Source: Syntrophales bacterium
GTDB taxonomy: Bacteria > Desulfobacterota > Syntrophia > Syntrophales > UBA4778
Length of the DNA: 63,483 bases
Assembly (NCBI GenBank): GCA_963665615.2
Contig: CAXXQE010000005.1
Location: 1 to 63,483 of the forward strand
Direction: 5' to 3'
Every line of letters begins with the position of its first letter. Position 1 is the stretch's first letter. Under the pieces are notes generated by a model that saw only the letters and a program-made list of their open reading frames with translations, was not told the origin of the DNA and ran no database searches. The position numbers and the translations under genes were made by a program. Below, piece after piece: positions 26,276-36,996 of this stretch.

Positions 26276-26710
26276 TTATTCTGCGGAATCTGTTTCTTGA
26301 TTTTCTACATCTTCAGGCATCCTTAGCACCCATTGACCATCTTTCCGCTTATGCTCGTTCAGCCATTTCCGCTGACAATGATAGGCCAATAGGCATTCTC
26401 CGCTTAGTCGGTTATCTTGAGTAAACTCATCAGTTAGAAACTGGCAGGAAATTCCATCGAGCAATTCGATATACCCGCTGAGCAGACCAGGAGCTTTTGC
26501 ATTCAAACGGGCCTCATATGGTCTAAGGCCAATCCTAATTGTGCGCCAGGTTGAAAAAGGTCTATCTATGAACCGTGGCATTAGCCGTGCTGCTGTGGTT
26601 TCCCGCTTCTCTTTGGCGAAGTAAAGCGCCATGGATTCGATTTTCTCCGCCACTGCAAGCAACCTGCCGTACAAGTAGTCCCGCGAATTTCTTTCTTCTT
26701 CGAGCGCCAT
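26276..26710 (-). CDS. cas11: Cas11c small subunit (internal in-frame start in cas8c)
   Basis: GAAGGGGGG RBS 6 nt before the in-frame ATG of MALEEERNSRDYLYGRLLAVAE. Confidence 0.7.
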   Translation of the reverse strand: MALEEERNSRDYLYGRLLAVAEKIESMALYFAKEKRETTAARLMPRFIDRPFSTWRTIRIGLRPYEARLNAKAPGLLSGYIELLDGISCQFLTDEFTQDNRLSGECLLAYHCQRKWLNEHKRKDGQWVLRMPEDVENQETDSAE

Positions 26711-28247
26711 AATGTACCCCCCTTCATTCTGAAATCCTTTAAATAACGAGCATGCTATGCCTAAACTCTTTTCAAATTCCCATGGTTCGAGACCGACCCG
26801 ATTTGAAGCGCGGCGCACGCACTGTTCGACCAAATCGCGGGGAACCGGCCTGCCGTCAATTATTGAGGGCAATAAGCGCTCAACGGTAACATTGAGTAGT
26901 TTAATGCCGTTTTTTTCCTTCCACCTTGCTGCCGTATGCACACCATGCGATGTCTTTTGGTGCCGGCGCACCCTGAAAGAGCATCATCTTCTTTTTGTCA
27001 TCCTTATCTCTGCCGTAGTTCTGAAGCCATGCAAAATCTGAATGCCATTTTTCTATGCGGTCAAGAAATTCAGAACCGGTCAATTCCCGGTAGAACGTAA
27101 TTGCCATGCGTCCCGGTGTGGCGGAATCCAAGCCCATTACGACAATATCATCTGTATCGGTAATATTTGCTTTGTATCCGGCGAGTTTCTTCTTGAAGCG
27201 CAACGCAAAAGATTGCCCCACGTCGCCTGTTTGCGAAGTCGAGATGTCGTCCTCTTGAAAATCATCACCGAGGAAATCCCAGGAGTTGGCGCAGGGGTTA
27301 GGGAGCTGTTTCCCCGTCGTTGCCCAGACAACAACGACTTGATCACCACTGCGAAACGCCTGTCTGCGAATCAGCCATTGCAGAGCACTATGAGCTTTTT
27401 GTGTAACCTCGAAAGAAACTCCTACCGCTTGTTCCGCGGTTAAGAATTTACCTCTAAATGTGTAGCCCGTAACATCATTGGATGAAATAATCTTGGCCTT
27501 ATCTGCATCATGCCGTAGCTTTGCGGGATGACTCTCTGCAAGTTTTGCATGTTCTTCTCCGGTCACAGAGCAAAAACCTTCAATTTTAAGAAGACTCTTA
27601 TTGTATGAAATCCAAGATTCCTTCAAAGATTCGGATTTCCATGTGGCAGTTTCCGTTGAGCCTCCTTCAACCTGAAAGCGTACGAAAGCATCCATTGGCA
27701 CTTGTCCCTGAGGAATAATCCGGAATATTGGCGGTGCACATTTCTTATCTCCTTCAAACGACTCCGCAACTATTTTACCATTGGAGACAGTCGGTAGGAT
27801 ATTTGCCGAGATCAGGTCTGAAACAATAGTCCCTTTTTTCAGATATTCATAAATTGCTACAACCATTGGGTGGTTATCTGATTCCTTCCATTTCCTCAAA
27901 ATATTTAAAAGATTTTCATAAGGTTCTGACGGCTTATAAGCAAAACCAGTCGTCACTTTCCCCCCATAATTGGCAAAATCACCAGCAACATATTGAAGTT
28001 TATCGCACAGAGGATGATTCTGAGGTTTCTTCCCAGATCGTCCTCCAGATTCTTCCGTACATGGAATCAAAGTCTTCCGTTCTTCTTTGTTCTCCAGCAC
28101 TTTGGCACGTCGGAAATTACCTTGGCCATCGACAACAATCTCAATATGTGCCATCTGGGTTGTATGTGATATAGGATTAGGTATATTGGAATGCGTTCCG
28201 CTTGAACAAAATTCATAGGTCTCATACAACTTCTGTATCCAACTCAT
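26276..28247 (-). CDS. cas8c: Cas8c (Csd1), split by a +1 frameshift in an A7 run at 26910-26916
   Basis: MSWIQKLYETY...HPLCDKLQY; removing one A joins SKVEG to KNGIKLLNVTVERLLP...RDYLYGRLLA. Confidence 0.92.
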
Positions 28248-29053
28248 CCCACCACCCCCAGTTCTTCAGCTTCAAGTTCCACAGGTTTGATGTTGCCCAC
28301 ACCGAAGGTCTTTGCGTCCATCTTCCGCACCAACTTCCGGTGTACACAATCTTCCGGCCGCTCAAAAGTCAGCACTCCTTTTTTGAGCGTCGGGTACCAG
28401 AAACGGGCATACAATTTGTCGGCGCCCGTTTCATCGGGATAATCAAATCCATGAAACATCAAACTATAGCCGATCTCATCGTCATCATCATATGCACCTT
28501 TGCCTTCACCGAAGTTGCACGGTTCAACATATCCTTGACAGTCGCGCGTGCCGAGGAAGATATCCTGCCTTCCGCCCCGGTCCAGCATCCGCTTGGCAAT
28601 GGCATAATGTTTGCCGTCAATTTGATCTTTCGCCAACTCTTTGTGGTATTTGTTCCATTCAAAATGAGCCCGCACCTGATATTCCACACTATATTTTCTG
28701 TTTTCGTCTTTGGCATTGTCAGCATAGCCAGTTAAGAAAGTGTAGATTGCAAGGTCATTAAAGTTCTCTTGCTTTTTGCCGGGGATTCTTTCGCTGGGAT
28801 AGATACCGCCATAATTCAAAGGCTTTATGCCCTTTGTCTGAGTCCGAATCCGTCGCATCACCCTCACCGCATCAACCACCCAGACAAGAGTAGGCTTCCA
28901 GTAGATTGATTTACAGACGCCCTTCAACGCCTCATACGTTGGAAGATGATATGAGCATTTCTCGCCGCCGATTTTCGTGAGTGGGTCGGTAAAAAGCGCG
29001 TAGCGCCCCCAAAGCCTGAATTCTATAGTGTTCTTAGCTATCAATGTACTCAT
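28244..29053 (-). CDS. cas5: Cas5c (Cas5d, pre-crRNA endonuclease)
   Basis: GRYALFTDP, SYHLPTYEALKG...IYWKP, IFLGTRDC. Confidence 0.96.
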   Translation of the reverse strand: MSTLIAKNTIEFRLWGRYALFTDPLTKIGGEKCSYHLPTYEALKGVCKSIYWKPTLVWVVDAVRVMRRIRTQTKGIKPLNYGGIYPSERIPGKKQENFNDLAIYTFLTGYADNAKDENRKYSVEYQVRAHFEWNKYHKELAKDQIDGKHYAIAKRMLDRGGRQDIFLGTRDCQGYVEPCNFGEGKGAYDDDDEIGYSLMFHGFDYPDETGADKLYARFWYPTLKKGVLTFERPEDCVHRKLVRKMDAKTFGVGNIKPVELEAEELGVVG

Positions 29054-31520
29054 CTTTGAATTGTTCCTCCTTTCCTACTGGTTCCAATGATACGCCGGTT
29101 ATTTTGCTGTAATACCGATAATCAAGGTAGAATATCTCGGTCTCTTTCTGTACCCGATAAAGCACATCCTGTTCAGCCAATCTTTCAAATTCATGCGGAA
29201 ATAAGTTGACCGAGTATTGCTGTGCTTTTTTGATCAGAGCATATTGCTTTTCCACTTCAAATTTGGAGCAAAGCTGCCCCACCAATTCCTTTCCTTCATC
29301 ACCATAGCCAACGATGACGCTTCGTGTCGGGGCATCGATTGACTTGAACAGTCTGGCCGCGGTCATAAACGACTGGCGTAGGTCAATGATCGGCATCGTT
29401 CTATTTACCCGCTGGAAATCGGCAACAATGTTGCTGTTGGTTGACAGCATATTCAAAAGAGTGTCGTTGTGGTTTGCCGTAACAAGGTAATCCATGGCAT
29501 CTTTTTGTTCATAAAAGTAGTTTTGATAGTACCATTCAAGTATCTTCGGGCCGATTCTGTCATTATCGTATCTTGATGTATCGGAATTGAAGTCATCAAG
29601 AACACGATTTGACTTCTCTTTGCCCACGGCAATGTCCTTCAGGTACTCAAGGTTTTCCTCAGAAGGATTGACAACAAACACATTGCCGATTTCCGGGCCA
29701 CCATGGCGATTACACCGGCCAGCGGCCTGGGCAATGGAGTCCAACCCGGCGAGCATGCGAATGACTGATCGGAAACTCACATCGACACCAGCCTCAATAA
29801 GCTGAGTGCTGACACAGAGAATCGGTTCCTTATCATCAAGCTTCTGACGAATTGTTGCTAGCACCTGTTTGCGATGGGCGGGACACATGCCTGTAGTCAG
29901 ATGGAAAACCTCGATTCCGTCTTTTTTTGCCTCCTCGAAAATGTTCCGTGCAGCCTTTTTCATATTGACAACAACAAGACAGCTTCCATCCGCCTTGACC
30001 TGCTCAACCGCTAGTGCCGCTATCTCTGGATAGGTCCAACCCGGGGATTTACGACAATCATGAACATGAACTCTTTTCAAATCGGTGAAGAGTTTGCCGA
30101 CATCAGGCATAATTTCACTCTTCTCCGATAGTTTAAGGGCACCTTTATTTTGATTAACCTTACCCAGAAGCGGCTGCGTAGCAGTGCAGAGAACCACGGT
30201 GCTCCCGCAATGATCAACCAGAAAGTTGATCGCATTATTGAAGAGATGGACGCATTTTATCGGTAGCGTCTGAATCTCATCAAAAACAATAATTGCTTTT
30301 GCCAATTGGTGCATTCGCCTTGCACCACGGGTCCCGGCTCCAAATAGAGTCTCCAGAAGTTGAACCATCGTGGTATAGACAACCGGTGCGTCCCAATTCT
30401 CAGTCAGGAGTTTTTCTTTCCAGCTTTGAATATCTGAACCAATATTTGAATGGTGCTCCAGAACAATCTTACCGGCATCTTCAGGGCATTCTTTAGGTTC
30501 AAGGATTTCTCGTGCGACCTGAGCATTTTGGTCGATGATTGTTGTAAAGGGAACCACGTAAATAATTCTATCGATGTCATCATTTTTTTCTTGGTGCTTT
30601 GCATGATGCAACGCAAAGCGGAGACTCGCGAGTGTTTTACCTCCGCCTGTTGGCACTGTAAGGGTTAGCAATCCTTTGGGGCGCATTGCACCGTGAAGAC
30701 AATGCACAGAAACTTGTTGGCGAATTCTATCTACCTGATTTTCTGCCTTGAATTTCTTATACTCGTTTTCAAACCGCTCAACCAGTTCACTCCATGATCG
30801 GTAATTCCCGTGCTGGCGATGTCGGGCGGTTCTCGGTTTCTCTGAATCAGCGGTATCCTGTCGGTCGGCATCAATAAGTGTACTGAACAAAAACCTGGCG
30901 AACAAGCCGAGTTGGAATTGTGCAACCGTTGAGCGAGGATTTCTTTCTGGAGAAGCCCACACAATATCACGGCACTTTTCCTCAAACGGCTTTGTAAACG
31001 ACTTATCTGCAAGAATATCATTTATTTTTTCGAGTATGTGCTTATCAAGACGATTAGAACACTCCGCCATATGAGTTTTATTTTCATTTTTTGATAGGCG
31101 CCTCGAATATGAATCCCAGGTTCCGCCGTCGTCAGTCGTTAAGCAATTAATCAATCCTGAGTGATGTGAAACCAAACAAAGGGAGAGAAGCTGCCCAAGT
31201 ATCTTGTGTGCATTGGATGAACCGTTTTTACATGAAAGAAACTGGGCGCCGGCAGTTGAGTGATCAATTTTGCCTTTCGGTCCCGACGGGTTTTTAAACT
31301 CTTCATCTTCATCCGGATCAAACTGTGGAATGTCCTTCTCTATCGCATCCTTGATGTACTTCTGAAATTCAGTACTGTATTTACCAAGATCATGAAGAAG
31401 TCCTAGTAGTTCGCCGTAATTTCCCATGCCTATCTTTTCAGCATGAATTTTAGCAAGCTCAGCGACACCTTCAAGGTGTTCATGCATTTCCTGTCCGCTG
31501 TGGGCAATGTAATTAGACAT
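29034..31520 (-). CDS. cas3: Cas3 HD nuclease-helicase
   Basis: HL, HDLGK, DH, HH HD motifs; PTGGGKT, DEIQ, TAT, QAAGRCNRHG. Confidence 0.97.
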   Translation of the reverse strand: MSNYIAHSGQEMHEHLEGVAELAKIHAEKIGMGNYGELLGLLHDLGKYSTEFQKYIKDAIEKDIPQFDPDEDEEFKNPSGPKGKIDHSTAGAQFLSCKNGSSNAHKILGQLLSLCLVSHHSGLINCLTTDDGGTWDSYSRRLSKNENKTHMAECSNRLDKHILEKINDILADKSFTKPFEEKCRDIVWASPERNPRSTVAQFQLGLFARFLFSTLIDADRQDTADSEKPRTARHRQHGNYRSWSELVERFENEYKKFKAENQVDRIRQQVSVHCLHGAMRPKGLLTLTVPTGGGKTLASLRFALHHAKHQEKNDDIDRIIYVVPFTTIIDQNAQVAREILEPKECPEDAGKIVLEHHSNIGSDIQSWKEKLLTENWDAPVVYTTMVQLLETLFGAGTRGARRMHQLAKAIIVFDEIQTLPIKCVHLFNNAINFLVDHCGSTVVLCTATQPLLGKVNQNKGALKLSEKSEIMPDVGKLFTDLKRVHVHDCRKSPGWTYPEIAALAVEQVKADGSCLVVVNMKKAARNIFEEAKKDGIEVFHLTTGMCPAHRKQVLATIRQKLDDKEPILCVSTQLIEAGVDVSFRSVIRMLAGLDSIAQAAGRCNRHGGPEIGNVFVVNPSEENLEYLKDIAVGKEKSNRVLDDFNSDTSRYDNDRIGPKILEWYYQNYFYEQKDAMDYLVTANHNDTLLNMLSTNSNIVADFQRVNRTMPIIDLRQSFMTAARLFKSIDAPTRSVIVGYGDEGKELVGQLCSKFEVEKQYALIKKAQQYSVNLFPHEFERLAEQDVLYRVQKETEIFYLDYRYYSKITGVSLEPVGKEEQFKDEYIDS

Positions 31521-31758
31521 GATTGCTTTTCCTTATTTTCAAGCACATTTTATTGCTGTTTTTGATGACGATATGGAACAATTCAAGAATGGCAGGGGGT
31601 ACTTTCCCGAATAATGTCATAGAATGGCCTGATTTCCCCACCCCTCCCGCCCCGAACTCACCGGCAAATAATGCGGTGAGGTCGGCCGTGTCTCTGAGGT
31701 GATCTTCCAGAAAATGAATCCTGCCGTCATCAGAAGCATGGGCAATAGGCTTCGTCAT
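31513..31758 (-). pseudogene. N-terminal fragment of a second, different cas3 HD domain
   Basis: MTKPIAHASDDGRIHFLEDHLRDTADLTALFAGEFGA resembles a Cas3 start (AH..H.L.DHL) but stops before HDxGK. Confidence 0.7.
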
Positions 31759-32168
31759 AGATTCCCTCAATTTCCCCTGATATTAAATGACTTTCACGCC
31801 TCTATGCGAAACAAATTCAAATGAATACCGTTGAAAGAATGTTGGGAAAGGAATACCTTTGAGGAAGGATGACGGAAATGTGAACGATTCAATGCAACGC
31901 GTGTTGACAGGGAAATCCTTTGAATTTCCTGTGATAAGGTTATGTCCCAGCGATGAAATTCTTATATTTTCTAATTTTTCCCTCCCTCTTCAGTAGCAAA
32001 ACATACATAGATTAAAACGATGTGTCAATGAAAAGCAAGATAAGGGGCAGTTGCTCGTTAACATAGTCAAGATAAACGACCGTTTATTACATACCATTTT
32101 AATTACCGAAAACAAACAATAATAGTGATTAAATAATAGTCAATTAAATTAATTTTAAGACACTTTCA

Positions 32169-32197
32169 TTGACAAATGCGGGAAAATGTTGTATAGT
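32169..32197 (+). promoter_or_regulatory. Sigma70 promoter for small ORF and resolvase
   Basis: TTGACA-17-TATAGT with TG extension; a res-like palindrome ATAAACGACCGTTTAT lies at ~32072. Confidence 0.7.
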
Positions 32198-32226
32198 GAG
32201 CCAAAATTTTGGAGGTGAATTTGATT

Positions 32227-32406
32227 ATGAGCTGCAAAAAAAATGATCACGTGGAAGGAAGGGACATGAAAGACTACTGGTTCCACGATCAAAACATGCC
32301 TCAAGATGAGGTTGATTTTATCAACGCTGCTTTAGTAGAAGCTGCTCAGGAAGATCCTCGGTGGGCCAAATTGATCTGGCGCCGGGATACGAAAGAAACA
32401 AAGTGA
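32227..32406 (+). CDS. Small hypothetical protein
   Basis: GGAGGTGA RBS, downstream of the promoter; its stop overlaps a GTG in the resolvase frame. Confidence 0.45.
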   Translation: MSCKKNDHVEGRDMKDYWFHDQNMPQDEVDFINAALVEAAQEDPRWAKLIWRRDTKETK

Positions 32407-33026
32407 CAGCCTCCGCTTCGAGAACCATAGCCTATATCCGGGTTTCCACGGACGAGCAGGATGTCAACAAGCAGCGCCTGGAGATTCTGGACTATGCAAA
32501 CCGCTGTGGGATCAAGGTGGACGAGTTCATTTCTGTCGAGATCTCGTCGCGCAAAACGACGAAGGAACGCCGCATCGACGAGCTAGTGGGCAAGCTCTCT
32601 CCCGGAGACACACTGATCGTCTCGGAGCTGTCCCGAATCGGTAGGAGTATCGCCGAGGTGATTGTCCTGGTCAACGGCCTGGTCGAGCGGAAGATCCGCC
32701 TCGTGGCGATCAAGCAGAATCTCGATATCCGTGACAATCATGACATGACATCTAAAGTCATCGTCACGATATTCTCCCTGCTGGCGGAGCTGGAGCGGGA
32801 TATGATCAGCGCCAGGACAAAGGCCGCCCTTGCCGTAATAAAAAGAAGCGGAAAAAAGCTAGGCCGGCCGCAAGGGAGTTTGTCCAAGAGCCGGCTGGAT
32901 GGTCATGAAGATGAAATTAAAAGATTGATAATTAAGAAAATATCCAAAAGTGCCATCGCCCGTATCCTCAATGTTCACAGGGGCACACTCATCAAATTCC
33001 TCGAAAGCCGAAACATTGCCACCTAG
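32361..33026 (+). CDS. Serine recombinase (resolvase/invertase)
   Basis: AYIRVST.EQ, LSRIGRS, ERDMISART, GRP, C-terminal HTH. Confidence 0.95.
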   Translation: MGQIDLAPGYERNKVTASASRTIAYIRVSTDEQDVNKQRLEILDYANRCGIKVDEFISVEISSRKTTKERRIDELVGKLSPGDTLIVSELSRIGRSIAEVIVLVNGLVERKIRLVAIKQNLDIRDNHDMTSKVIVTIFSLLAELERDMISARTKAALAVIKRSGKKLGRPQGSLSKSRLDGHEDEIKRLIIKKISKSAIARILNVHRGTLIKFLESRNIAT

Positions 33027-33514
33027 ATTTAGCCTGGCTTTAGCAGGGCAATTCCCTCACGGCTACTTGTCTTTACTTTGCTTTGGAGAACAAATCGTTT
33101 TCTTTGATATCATTGCATCTGCCGGATATACAAATAGATGTTGCAATCAAATTGACGTGGCCCCGGGCTGCCGGAATCCCGAAGGGTTGGAGGAGCACGG
33201 AAATAGGCCGCCTCGTAAGGTCAGAGCAAAATGACGGGCCAACCAGGATCCACCTCGGCAACCGGGCCGGGAAAGCCACCCAGGGCGCAGCCAGAAACCG
33301 CACCCGCCCTATGTGATACCCCAAGCCGACCCTGTGTCGGCCGCAGCCGTGGAGCGGCTATAGCCTTTATCTCAGAATTGGACATAGTGAGTATTTAAGA
33401 AACATCCGCGCGATGCCGGAGGCTATGCCGGAGACAGAGGGCACCTCCCCCGGCCGGGGGAGGTCGGTAGGGGCGGGGTGTCATCTCACCGGATTACTGA
33501 GGTGTAATGGAAAA

Positions 33515-35115
33515 AATGCCACTTAATTTTCCAAAAATCGCAGAAACGCCACTTAAAATTTTTTTATCTGCAAAATGTGAAGTAGCCCCCATATGGACCG
33601 GACACATTCAAACTGGAAATAAGCGTTAGTCATAGCTATAGTACTAGCGTTACAACCAGGAAGAAGGTGTTCATGGATACCGTTGAAATCATTACATCAA
33701 TACAGAGAAGGCGGCGATGGACCGCAGAGCAGAAGAAAGCTCTGGTTCTGGAGGCGGAGCAGCCGGGGATGTCGCTCTCGGCGGTGGCGCGCAAGTATGA
33801 AATCCACGTCAACCAGCTATTCCGCTGGAGAAAACTCATGCAGGAAGGTGCCCTTTGCGCCGTGAGGGCCGGAGAAGAAGTTGTCCCTGCCTCGGAGATG
33901 AAGGAGTTGCGGGCAAGGAACCGGGAGCTTGAGCGTCTTCTCGGACGCAAGACCATGGAGGTGGAGATCCTCAAGGATGCGCTTCGGATAGCCCGCGAAA
34001 AAAAACTGATCTCGCGCATACCCTTGCTCATGAAGGACGACACCCCATGAAAGCGATCACAGAGACATTGAAGGTGTCGCGATCCAATCAGTACACGAAA
34101 ACGGGAGTTCCCCGGCGAAGGTATCATAGGATGCCTGACGATGCCTTTTACCTGGTCCTTATCCGGCAGATCACAGATCAACGGGCGAGCTATGGATACC
34201 GGAGGACGACGGCGATTCTGAACAGGAAGCTCCATGAAGGAGGCTGCCCCCCGGTTAATCACAAGCGTGTTTACCGGATCATGAAGATCAACGGGCTTCT
34301 TCTGCAAAAGCACACGGGAAGACCCGTACAGGTTCATAACGGCACAATCCGCCGCGACAGGAGCAATACGCGGTGGTGTTCCGATATCTTCGAGATCGCC
34401 TGCTGGAACGGCGAACGGCTGAGGGTCGCCTTCAGCCTGGACTGCTGCGATCGGGAAGTTATGAGCTACGTGGCGACCACGGGCGGAATCTCCGGGGACA
34501 TGGTCAGGGACCTCATGGTGGAGTCGGTCGAATACCGTTTCGGGAAGGTCGATGTACTGCCGCATGCCCTGCAGTGGCTCAGCGACAACGGTTCCGCCTA
34601 TATCGCACACGAGACCAGGAGCTTTGCTAAAGCGATCGGGATCGAACTGCGCACGACGCCTTACCGCAGCCCGGAGTCCAACGGCATGGCCGAGTCGTTT
34701 GTTAAAACCTTTAAACGGGATTATATTCAATTGAATCCCCTGCCCAATGCCAGATCGGTTATGAAGCTGTTGCCTGAATGGTTTGAAGACTACAATGAGA
34801 ATCATCCTCACAAAGGCTTGAAAATGAGATCGCCCAGGGAGTATAGGAGACTACAAAATAAGTTAGACTAATGTCCGGTCTCATGGGGGCAACTCCAAAA
34901 TGTAACTTAAAAAAACTTTATCTGAGATTTACCACTTAACGTGCAAGTTATCTCGAAAAAGCCACTTAAAAGAAAATTAAATGCGTTTTTTCAAAAAAAG
35001 ACACTTATTTTTCTAAAATCCACACAAACGTCACTTAATTTTCACGTTATCCCCCTCAGGTGGTCATAACGTGCATCTTATCCCCCTTAGGTGGTCATAA
35101 GGAGCACGTTATCGT
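33515..35115. repeat. ~30-bp periodic CACTTAA repeats plus two 31-bp repeats, interrupted by the IS
   Basis: (C)ACTTA(A) at ~33520, 33550, 34904, 34933, 34963, 35002, 35032; TTATCCCCCTYAGGTGGTCATAA twice at ~35047 and ~35078. Confidence 0.65.
33578..34897 (+). mobile_element. IS3-family (IS2-like) insertion sequence, 1320 bp
   Basis: Ends TGAAGTAGCCCC / GGGGCAACTCCA; 5-bp TSD AAATG at 33573 and 34898; orfA 33667..34050, orfB 34047..34871; diverged relative of the IS at 13536. Confidence 0.95.
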
Positions 35116-35201
35116 GTCCTATTGTGCAAAATGCGCAAAAAAAAACCCTCTGGATCCAAGGGGACCCGGAGGGCGAAGGATGATTGCGATATCAAAGTAT
35201 A

Positions 35202-36236
35202 TTATCGACCTAAATATTGTGAAGTGACGCTGACTCGGCCGTGGCCGAGATCGTGTGACAGCTCAAGGCGGATCTGATGATCCAGACCGATGATCTCTTT
35301 TAGCGAACGGCCCGTTTCGACAGCCGCATATCGCTTCCAGGCCTCTTTGAATAATCCAACGGATACAGGGCATCTTATAGCTATGCCAGTGCGGGTCTGC
35401 CAGAGTTGCGAATACCTGGTTTGAGCATAGTTGTGCCGAATGGAGTGAAATGATCTGCCATATCCCAGCTCCACGCAGATCTGACCCATCTGCTTGTACG
35501 CCCAGTCTTGGTACTGGCTGTATTTCACATTGTCCGGGATAAGGGAGTTACGTGTATGATTGTCACTGCTGTGTACATACTCCTGCGCAGTGCGGGCAGC
35601 GACCAAACCATTGATTGGCGTGATTTCCCGGGGCCTTCCATTTTTCATCCCGTCACCCTTGAATAAATCGATTTTATCACCACTCAAGTCCTTCTCACCG
35701 ATCTTGATCTGCATGGATTCACGGGCTCGCAGGCCGCAGTCGTGCTGCAGCATGACGCTATGTCGTAGATCCCGATACCAGCTATTGCCGGTTTCTGCAT
35801 GGCGGTCGGCAAGGCCCTGGAGTATTCCCAGATACACCTCTCTCGGCATTGCCCGATCTGTGTTGGGGTACCGTGGTCCGCGGTTGATGCCGCAATCCTT
35901 GGGATTGAGGTGTAAATCTTCCCGCCCATTGACGGCGTTGATTTGGTTTATACAGGCCAAATACGTACTCGCCGTTGCTCGGGACATGTCTTCATTTTCG
36001 ACATGCTCATGCAGGTAACGGCCATAGCCCTCGTATATCTCTTTCGTAACTATCGACATATCTCGGAGATTATGGTCCTCTCGTAGATATTCGGCATAGT
36101 CTTTAAGTGCAGAGACGCACTTGTCCACATAGGCCGTGCTGTGGTCCAGGGTTTCTCTCGTTTCGCGGGCGAGTATGTATATTGCGCGGGTGTTTAGCTT
36201 CGGCCCGACACCGAAATTGCGGTCTTCTCTACTCAT
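35202..36236 (-). CDS. Tyrosine recombinase-fold protein (second, not att-adjacent)
   Basis: GLRARE, KNGRPR, HSIRH, LGH...QY catalytic residues. Confidence 0.88.
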   Translation of the reverse strand: MSREDRNFGVGPKLNTRAIYILARETRETLDHSTAYVDKCVSALKDYAEYLREDHNLRDMSIVTKEIYEGYGRYLHEHVENEDMSRATASTYLACINQINAVNGREDLHLNPKDCGINRGPRYPNTDRAMPREVYLGILQGLADRHAETGNSWYRDLRHSVMLQHDCGLRARESMQIKIGEKDLSGDKIDLFKGDGMKNGRPREITPINGLVAARTAQEYVHSSDNHTRNSLIPDNVKYSQYQDWAYKQMGQICVELGYGRSFHSIRHNYAQTRYSQLWQTRTGIAIRCPVSVGLFKEAWKRYAAVETGRSLKEIIGLDHQIRLELSHDLGHGRVSVTSQYLGR

Positions 36237-36996
36237 GGCATAGTACCTCCTTTAGTTTGTTTTGTGGTCCCGAATTTTAGCGGGTTCCGTTCCCGACTCC
36301 CCTGACCGGGGCGATCAATGTGGTTTATGTCTCAGATTACCCCGAGTGCAGACCCAGGATATTGTTGGCTCTTTGCCATTTCATGCCGCGTTAGGGTTTG
36401 TTGGTTTTTTGATTTCATAAAGCTTCTTCTTGCCGCCGTTTGTTTGCCTTTAGCCTCCTTTCTGGATTGGGTTAGTTTGTTGGTTGTTGACTTACTCATG
36501 TTTCGCGTTGGATTGTTTTTACCGCTCGCCGCGGGGGCGAACGCCTCATCGGCGTCTCCTCGCTTTCACTTTGCTCGTTTTCCGGGCTCCTCGTCGCTGC
36601 TATGCAGCTCCTTTTGGCGACCCGGAAAAATCGCTTCGTTCGGCGATGAGACGCCGATAAACATTTACGCGTTAAAGGTTAATCTCACGCATGCAATTTT
36701 TTGTTCTGCCTGCGGCAGTGAGGATACCCTCGCAAATAATTGCACACACAACGCCAGGAGTGCCCGCTCCTGTCCCGCGTTTGTTCAGAAAAATAGAACA
36801 CACGCCCGTACGAGCGGTGTTAGAAAAAATCGTAGCGCTGCAATGGCAGCGCATCTCTTGATAGAGCGGCTTGGTTGGTTTGGTTAATATAGATCGCCGC
36901 TGATGATAGGAAAGGTGCATCCCTGTTGGGGATGGTTAAGGAAAATTGAAATAAGAGGGGCCCACCGGGGGAACTAAGTCCCTCGGCGGGGAAAGA

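Noticed and set aside
31884..31915. GATTCAATGCAACGCG upstream of cas3 looks faintly like a repeat (CreA/CreR-type)
   Set aside because: No stem and no partner repeat at spacer distance.
32066..33110. Inverted res-like sites around the resolvase suggesting an invertible segment
   Set aside because: The second site (~33087-33108) is a weak match with different spacing.
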